From NCBI GenBank assembly GCA_049974925.1, contig JBNGDE010000001.1, positions 3,502-67,501 of the forward strand: 64,000 nucleotides of DNA. The letters are read 5' to 3'. This DNA comes from Thermovirgaceae bacterium. Lineage in GTDB: Bacteria; Synergistota; Synergistia; Synergistales; Thermovirgaceae. Within the stretch, counting starts at the first letter, position 1, and the number at the start of each line of letters is the position of its first letter. This document shows, one piece after another, positions 58,059 to 64,000 of the stretch. The notes beneath the pieces were generated by a model, which made no database searches, was not told the DNA's origin, and was given only the letters and a program-made list of their open reading frames with translations. The position numbers and the translations under genes were made by a program.

Positions 58059-60133
58059 CGGCGGAACCTATTGAGCTTGGATCACCCGTGAGATTTCTCA
58101 AGGGAGTCGGTCCCGTACGGGCGGAAAAGCTGGCGAGACTGGGAATCGAGACAGTCGAGGACCTCTTGTGGCATTTCCCGAGACGATATGAGGACAGGCG
58201 ACAGCTGACGTCTCTCGCTTCACTTGAGCAGGGGAGATATCATTCCGTATTGGCCCGGGTCGTCTCCATCGAAAAACGGCGCACCAAAAGAAAGAACATG
58301 TCCCTAACAGTGGCGCTTTTGACTGACGGAACTAGTCTGGGGCAGGCTGTGTGGTTCAACCGGAAAGGTCTGGACAAGATCTTGCTGCCCGGATCCCGAG
58401 CCTCCTTTTACGGAAAGGCGGAGTCCTGGCGTGGGGTTTTGCAAATCAGCAATCCCGAGTTCGAAGTGCTTGACGAGGACGAATCTCCGGAAAACACGGG
58501 TGCCATTGTTCCGATCTATCCTGGGACACAGGGGCTTTTCCAGAGATGGATCCGAGAAACGGTGAGACGGACCCTCGATCTGGTGAAAGAACAGCTCGAG
58601 GATGTCCTTCCCCGTCAAATCATAGAAAAAAACAGCTTTGTTTCCTTTCGGGAAGCTGTCTGTCAGATGCATTTCCCTGAGAACGAAAAACTCTGGTGTG
58701 AAGCGAGACGACGGCTTGCTTTCGAGGAGTTCTTTTTCCTTCAGCTTGCCTTCGGCATCAGAAGGAAACGCTACGAAGAGGATTCCCGCGGTCCTGTGCT
58801 AAAGTGCAATGGACCGATGAAACAGGCTTTCCTGCATGACGTCTTGCCCTTTTCCCTGACGACGGCCCAGGAAAGGGTTTTCGGGGAAATTTGTCGCGAT
58901 ATCTCCAGAGCCGTTCCGATGAACCGGTTGCTTCAGGGGGATGTGGGATCCGGCAAGACGGTCGTTGCCGTTTTGTTTCTGCTCTGTGCCGTTGATTCGG
59001 GGTACCAGGCCGCCCTTATGGCGCCGACGGAAATTCTCGCGAGGCAGCATTACGAGAACATCCGGTGCTGGTTCGACGCCCTCGGTCTCGATGTTGTCCT
59101 GTTGTCTGGGTCTCTCTCGCAAAAAGAGAAAAATGACTTCCTCGGGAGAATTGCATCTGGCGGGGTGAACGTCGTCGTGGGAACTCACGCGCTTCTGGAG
59201 GACGATGTCAGGTTTTTCCGGCTCGGGGCCATTGTCGTGGACGAACAACACCGGTTCGGTGTCCTTCAGCGGAACAGGCTCTCGGCAAAGGGTGAGCACC
59301 CTCACGTTCTGGTCATGACCGCCACGCCCATACCGCGGACATTGACACTGTCCGTGTACGGGGACCTGTCCGTTTCAGTGATAGACGAATTACCTCCAGG
59401 CCGCAAGGATGTCCTGACGCAAAGCGTACCCAGTTCGGGGAAACGAAAACTTCTCCGGTTTCTGAAAAAGGCAATGGAGGCCGGAAGGCAGGTGTACTGG
59501 GTGTGCCCCCTCATCGAGGAAAACGAGGATCTTTCCGTGCCTTCCGCAGAGCGTCGCCATGACCAACTGGCAGGCCTTTTCGGCAGAGATCGGGTAGGCC
59601 TTCTGCACGGACGCCTCCCGGGAAGGGACAAGGAAAAAGTCATGGAGTCCTTTGCCCGCAAGGAGATATCCCTTCTTGTAGCGACTACAGTCATTGAAGT
59701 CGGCATCGATATCCCCAATGCGACGGTCATGGTCATAGAGGAAGCCCATCGTTTCGGCCTTTCCCAGTTGCACCAGCTCAGGGGACGCATCGGCAGGGGC
59801 GGGGATAGGGGATATTGCTTCCTTCTGGGGGATCCTGCTACTGAGGACGGAAAGGCCCGTATTGATGCCATGTGCGAAACGAAGGACGGTTTCAGGATCG
59901 CTGAAAAGGATCTCGAGCTGCGTGGCCCCGGGGAAGTCTGCGGGTTACGGCAGCACGGAGTCACCGATTTCAGGGTCGCCAACCTCGTAAAGGACAGAGA
60001 ACTGCTTGAAAGGGCCCGAGAAGAAGCTTTTGAGCTGATCAAAAAAGATCCTGGCCTTGAAAATTACGGAAGATTGAAGAGCTCCCTTATCAGGCGTTTT
60101 GAGTCCACTCTTGATCTGGCGGTGACAGGATGA
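58055..60133 (+). CDS. recG: ATP-dependent DNA helicase RecG
   Basis: LKGVGP, PRRYEDR, QGDVGSGKT, DEQHRFG, MTATPIPR, QLRGRIGR, DLELRGPG. Confidence 0.98.
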   Translation: MTAEPIELGSPVRFLKGVGPVRAEKLARLGIETVEDLLWHFPRRYEDRRQLTSLASLEQGRYHSVLARVVSIEKRRTKRKNMSLTVALLTDGTSLGQAVWFNRKGLDKILLPGSRASFYGKAESWRGVLQISNPEFEVLDEDESPENTGAIVPIYPGTQGLFQRWIRETVRRTLDLVKEQLEDVLPRQIIEKNSFVSFREAVCQMHFPENEKLWCEARRRLAFEEFFFLQLAFGIRRKRYEEDSRGPVLKCNGPMKQAFLHDVLPFSLTTAQERVFGEICRDISRAVPMNRLLQGDVGSGKTVVAVLFLLCAVDSGYQAALMAPTEILARQHYENIRCWFDALGLDVVLLSGSLSQKEKNDFLGRIASGGVNVVVGTHALLEDDVRFFRLGAIVVDEQHRFGVLQRNRLSAKGEHPHVLVMTATPIPRTLTLSVYGDLSVSVIDELPPGRKDVLTQSVPSSGKRKLLRFLKKAMEAGRQVYWVCPLIEENEDLSVPSAERRHDQLAGLFGRDRVGLLHGRLPGRDKEKVMESFARKEISLLVATTVIEVGIDIPNATVMVIEEAHRFGLSQLHQLRGRIGRGGDRGYCFLLGDPATEDGKARIDAMCETKDGFRIAEKDLELRGPGEVCGLRQHGVTDFRVANLVKDRELLERAREEAFELIKKDPGLENYGRLKSSLIRRFESTLDLAVTG

Positions 60134-60567
60134 CTGACAGGCTGGAAAAAGCCCTCAGCGAAGCTCTAAGGATACTGGCACGGAGGGAGTACACAAGCCG
60201 GGAGCTACGACGCAAACTGACGGAAAGAGATTATCCTGAAGACGTCGTTGAAGAAGTCCTGGATGAAATGGAACGGGCAGGGTACCTCGATGACAGGGAA
60301 TATGCCAGGCGGTTTTGCGAGACCCGGGAGGAATGGGGCTACCGCAGGATCAAATACGAACTCAGAAGGCGGGGAGTCGATGAAGGGATTCTCGAAGACA
60401 ACCTCGTCTATGACGAAAAGAGAGAGAACGAAAAAGCCATGGATCTGATCCGCTCCTGGATGCCGGGATTGACAGCAAGACAGCTTGAAGGACGTCTTGT
60501 ACGTCGCGGATTCAGGGAGGACATGGCGAGAAGGCTGGCCCGGAAGGCTTGTGGAGATTCTGAGTAA
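60130..60567 (+). CDS. recX: Regulatory protein RecX
   Basis: ALRILARREYT..ELRRKL, GYLDDREYA, GYRRIKYEL..RG, RRGF. Confidence 0.9.
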   Translation: MTDRLEKALSEALRILARREYTSRELRRKLTERDYPEDVVEEVLDEMERAGYLDDREYARRFCETREEWGYRRIKYELRRRGVDEGILEDNLVYDEKRENEKAMDLIRSWMPGLTARQLEGRLVRRGFREDMARRLARKACGDSE

Positions 60568-60665
60568 TCTGTAGAATACTTGCTGGATCTGAGTGCGTTT
60601 CTGTATTCGACATCAATCAATGGACAGATGACGCAACTTGACAATGGAATAGGAGTGATGCGTGC

Positions 60666-62195
60666 ATGTTGCCTGTAGTTTTTGTGGCGGGCATTGCCGT
60701 CGGCATCGCTGCCGGTTTCCTCCTGTACAGATTGCATACCCAAAAGCAGCTCAAAGGAGCTCAGGAACAGTCTGACAAGCTGATCAAGGAGGCTTTCCAG
60801 GAGGCCGAACGCCGGAAACGCGAAATGCTGACGGAAGCAAAGGAAGAGATCCTGCATCTTCGGCAGGATGCCGAAAAGGAAATCAAGGAACGACGGAGTG
60901 AACTGCAAAGGGCCGAAAGGCGGCTTGAGCAAAAAGAAGAAAACCTTGACAAAAGGCTTGAGAACCTGCAGAAGAAAGAGGATGAATTCAGGCAGAAACA
61001 GGAAGACCTCCGTTCAAGGATGGAGGAAGTCGAAAAGCTGAAGCAGGAACAGGTACAAAGGCTTGAAGAGATTGCCGAGATGACGAGGGACGAGGCCAGG
61101 GAACACCTGCTTCGGGAAGTGGAAGACGAGGCGTCCCACATCATCGGCCTCCGGATCAAGGAGCTTGAGGAAAAAGCCAAACGCGAAGCCGAAAAGCGTT
61201 CGAGAGAGATCGTTGTCGGTGCCATTCAAAGGTGTGCAGTGGACCATACCTCGGAAATGTCGGTCAGCGTTGTCAACTTGCCCTCCGATGAGATGAAAGG
61301 ACGGATCATAGGCCGAGAGGGGCGGAACATCCGTGCCTTTGAGACTTTCACCGGTGTCGACCTCATCGTCGATGATACACCGGAAGCTGTTACATTGAGC
61401 AGCTTCGACCCTGTCCGTCGTGAGGTTGCGAAGATATCCCTCGAGAAGCTTATTCTCGACGGCCGGATTCATCCGGCGCGGATTGAGGAAGTTATCGAAA
61501 AATCCCAGAAAGATGTTGAAGAAATGATCCTCGAGGCCGGAGAGGAAGCGCTGCTTGAAACGGGAATCAAGACGATGCATCCCGAATTGGTCAAACTTAT
61601 CGGACAACTGCGCTTCAGGAGCAGCTACGGGCAGAATGCCCTGAATCACAGCCTTGAAGTGGCTCACCTTGCCGGAATCATGGCGGCTGAGCTGCACCTC
61701 GATGAAAGCATTGCCCGGAGAGCAGGATTGCTTCATGACATCGGAAAGGCCGTTGATCATCAGGTGGAAGGGCCTCACGCCCTTATCGGCCGGGATATCG
61801 CGAAGCGTTACGGAGAAGCTCCGGAAATCGTGAGTGCCATTGCTTCACATCACGAGGATGAGGAAATGACCACGGTGTATGATGTTCTCATCGCTGCTGC
61901 CGATGCGGTCAGTGCATCAAGGCCGGGAGCGAGGCGCGAAAGTCTGGATTCATACATCCGGCGCCTTGAAAAGCTCGAGAGCCTCGCCAAAGCATTCAAG
62001 GGCGTAAGCAAGGCATATGCGATCCAGGCCGGCCGGGAAGTTCGTGTCATGGTGGCACCCAGCGTTGCCGATGACGGGGCGATCCAGAAGATGGCTTTTG
62101 ACATCGCGAGAAAGATCGAGGATGAAATGAAATACCCCGGTCAGATAAAGGTGGTTGTCGTCAGGGAAACACGTTCCGTTGAATACGCAAAGTAG
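60666..62195 (+). CDS. rny: Ribonuclease Y
   Basis: N-terminal TM, coiled coil, KH domain ([13 protein letters not shown]), HD domain (LLHDIGK), SASRPGAR. Confidence 0.98.
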   Translation: MLPVVFVAGIAVGIAAGFLLYRLHTQKQLKGAQEQSDKLIKEAFQEAERRKREMLTEAKEEILHLRQDAEKEIKERRSELQRAERRLEQKEENLDKRLENLQKKEDEFRQKQEDLRSRMEEVEKLKQEQVQRLEEIAEMTRDEAREHLLREVEDEASHIIGLRIKELEEKAKREAEKRSREIVVGAIQRCAVDHTSEMSVSVVNLPSDEMKGRIIGREGRNIRAFETFTGVDLIVDDTPEAVTLSSFDPVRREVAKISLEKLILDGRIHPARIEEVIEKSQKDVEEMILEAGEEALLETGIKTMHPELVKLIGQLRFRSSYGQNALNHSLEVAHLAGIMAAELHLDESIARRAGLLHDIGKAVDHQVEGPHALIGRDIAKRYGEAPEIVSAIASHHEDEEMTTVYDVLIAAADAVSASRPGARRESLDSYIRRLEKLESLAKAFKGVSKAYAIQAGREVRVMVAPSVADDGAIQKMAFDIARKIEDEMKYPGQIKVVVVRETRSVEYAK

Positions 62196-62205
62196 GAACA
62201 AGATC

Positions 62206-63021
62206 ATGAGATTACTCTTTGTCGGCGACATCATGGGAAAACCCGGGCGAAGGATTGTCAAAAACCTTCTTCCGGAGGTCAATAAAAAATTTGGTCCCTT
62301 CGATTTTCGGATCGCAAATGCCGAAAACGCGGCTGGCGGGTTTGGTCTGACGGAAAAAGTCATGAACGAACTGTTCGGGATGGGATTCGATTGTTTGACC
62401 AGCGGGAATCACATTTGGGACAAAAAAGAGTTCCTTCAGGTTCTCGACGAGGAAAAACGAGTGCTCCGCCCGGCAAATTATCCGCCTGGATGTCAGGGAA
62501 CCGGTGAGGCCGTCTTTACGGCGAAAGATGTAAGAATAGCCGTTTTGAACCTTCAGGGAAGAGTTTTCATGACTCCCATCGATTGTCCTTTCAGGACGGC
62601 TGACGAAAAGCTGGAAAAACTTGATACGGCTGTTGTCATCGTCGACTTTCACGCCGAAGCGACTTCTGAAAAGAAAGCCCTTGGTCTTTATCTCGACGGG
62701 CGTGTTTCATGTGTCGTCGGAACCCATACCCACGTTCAGACGGCCGATGAGCAGATTCTACCCAAGGGAACGGCTTTCATTACTGATGTGGGAATGACGG
62801 GATGTCAGGGCGGAGTGATCGGCATGGACAAAGAGAGTGTATTCCACCGTTTTCTGACGGGGACTCCGGCAAAATTCGATGTCTGCAGCGATGATGTATA
62901 TGTTAAGGGTTTGGCCGTTGAAATCGACCCGATTTCAGGGAAGGCAGTCGAAGTGAAGAGAGTATCCATGAAAGAAGAAACCGCCGGAACTTCAGGTTCA
63001 CAGGGTGACAAGAAAAACTAA
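62206..63021 (+). CDS. ymdB: TIGR00282 metallophosphoesterase
   Basis: GDIMG, NAENAAGG, TSGNH, DFHAEATSEK, GTHTH, TDVGMTG. Follows rny. Confidence 0.94.
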   Translation: MRLLFVGDIMGKPGRRIVKNLLPEVNKKFGPFDFRIANAENAAGGFGLTEKVMNELFGMGFDCLTSGNHIWDKKEFLQVLDEEKRVLRPANYPPGCQGTGEAVFTAKDVRIAVLNLQGRVFMTPIDCPFRTADEKLEKLDTAVVIVDFHAEATSEKKALGLYLDGRVSCVVGTHTHVQTADEQILPKGTAFITDVGMTGCQGGVIGMDKESVFHRFLTGTPAKFDVCSDDVYVKGLAVEIDPISGKAVEVKRVSMKEETAGTSGSQGDKKN

Positions 63022-63041
63022 AAAACAGGTAAAAAGAAGGG

Positions 63042-63075
63042 AAAAGAGGCAGGGTGAACCCCGCCTCTTTTTTTT
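63042..63075. terminator. Bidirectional terminator between ymdB and hypE
   Basis: AAAAGAGGC...GCCTCTTTTTTTT. Confidence 0.8.
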
Positions 63076-64000
63076 AGCAAATGCGGGGGAGGATTTCCCC
63101 CACTGGCATGTCGACCAGGCGCGTTCCTCCCGCTTCGGTTCGCATGCCCACGTAACCGGGATTTTCGGAGGTAAGGGAGCCGATGCAGGCGGCGTCCCTG
63201 GAGACATCATGAGTCCGGAGGCGATCCAGGGTCCTGTCCACGTCTTCCGGGGCTACGGCGATGACGGCACAGCCTTCGCAGGCGAGATAAAGGGGGTCAA
63301 AACCGAGGACGTCGCAGACTGAACTGACTTCGGGTGAAAGGGGAAGGCGACTTTCGTCAAAAAGCACACCGATCGACGCGGCTTCGGCCCATTCGCAAAG
63401 GACTGTTCCCAGCCCGCCTCTTGTGCAATCCCGCATGCAATGTAATCCCGGAATGTCGAGCAGGTCTTCCGCAAGGGGCCAGAGGGGTGCGCAATCGGAG
63501 ACGAGGGAACCGGCGGAAAGGTTGTATCGTGCCGCCGCTACGGCGGCGCCGTGCCGTCCGATCGACGTGGTGACGATGAGTGCATCGCCCGGGCGCAGCC
63601 TTGAGATACCCAGGTTTTGGTCCGGGACGGGGCTCCCGACGGCGCAGGTGGTGATGAAGAGTCCGTCTACCTGGCCGCTCGGCACGACTTTCGTGTCTCC
63701 TGACACCAGTCTGACGGAAAGGTCTGAGCAGACGGAACCGGCGCTTTTCATGTAGGAAAGCAGTTCTTCTTTATCGAGACCTTCCTCGGCGACCAGGCTC
63801 AGCGCGAGATATTTTGGCCTGGCACCCCGCATGGCGAGATCGTTTATGCTTCCGCACACGGCAAGTTTCCCGATGTCGCCGCCGGGGAATACCCTCGGCG
63901 TGATGGTGAAGCCGTCGATGGTAATAGCCAGCCCCTTTTCCGGGATGGCACAATCTTCCTCTTCTAGGCCGGAGGCCCCGAATGAAGCTATGATGTCGGA
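63074..64000 (-). CDS. hypE: Hydrogenase maturation protein HypE (5'-truncated by window edge)
   Basis: FPGGDIGKLAVCGSINDLAM, GDTKVV, SDCAPL, RDCTRGG, ACEG, C-terminal PRIC. Confidence 0.96.
   Translation of the reverse strand, partial: SDIIASFGASGLEEEDCAIPEKGLAITIDGFTITPRVFPGGDIGKLAVCGSINDLAMRGARPKYLALSLVAEEGLDKEELLSYMKSAGSVCSDLSVRLVSGDTKVVPSGQVDGLFITTCAVGSPVPDQNLGISRLRPGDALIVTTSIGRHGAAVAAARYNLSAGSLVSDCAPLWPLAEDLLDIPGLHCMRDCTRGGLGTVLCEWAEAASIGVLFDESRLPLSPEVSSVCDVLGFDPLYLACEGCAVIAVAPEDVDRTLDRLRTHDVSRDAACIGSLTSENPGYVGMRTEAGGTRLVDMPVGEILPRIC

Overview
A 64 kb, mostly housekeeping stretch of an anaerobic, amino-acid-fermenting bacterium. Gene content and order suggest Synergistota, which is an inference. 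In order it holds: the end of purA, tRNA-Val(CAC), a 56-aa Zn-ribbon gene the ORF track missed, a decayed DUF554 gene, an arsFG-like pair divergent from copA-copZ, korAB, folP-folK, a CIRCE-controlled hrcA-grpE-dnaK-dnaJ-prmA-rsmE-mtaB locus extended by branched-chain polyamine synthase (bpsA), hit-rpsU-yqeY-nrdR, a liv ABC transporter, pgsA, a tryptophanase-like lyase, secA, argS, rpsF-ssb-rpsR-yybS-rplI-dnaB, an O-antigen-ligase/PglL-like gene and type III glutamine synthetase. After these come a HOGA-like aldolase, DUF72, a 2-hydroxyacid dehydrogenase, an internally deleted HAD remnant, yggS-divIVA-recG-recX-rny-ymdB and the end of hypE. The best candidate for an undescribed system is the GntR-regulated operon at 45380-52003. 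It encodes two SDRs, a split GcvPA/GcvPB paralog whose conserved glycine-decarboxylase motifs are rewritten, and an ATP-NAD-kinase-family protein, with no gcvH or gcvT. A triple GTATAC operator overlaps its predicted transcription start. No CRISPR array, integrase or transposase was seen. All family calls come from motifs recognised by eye; no database search was run.
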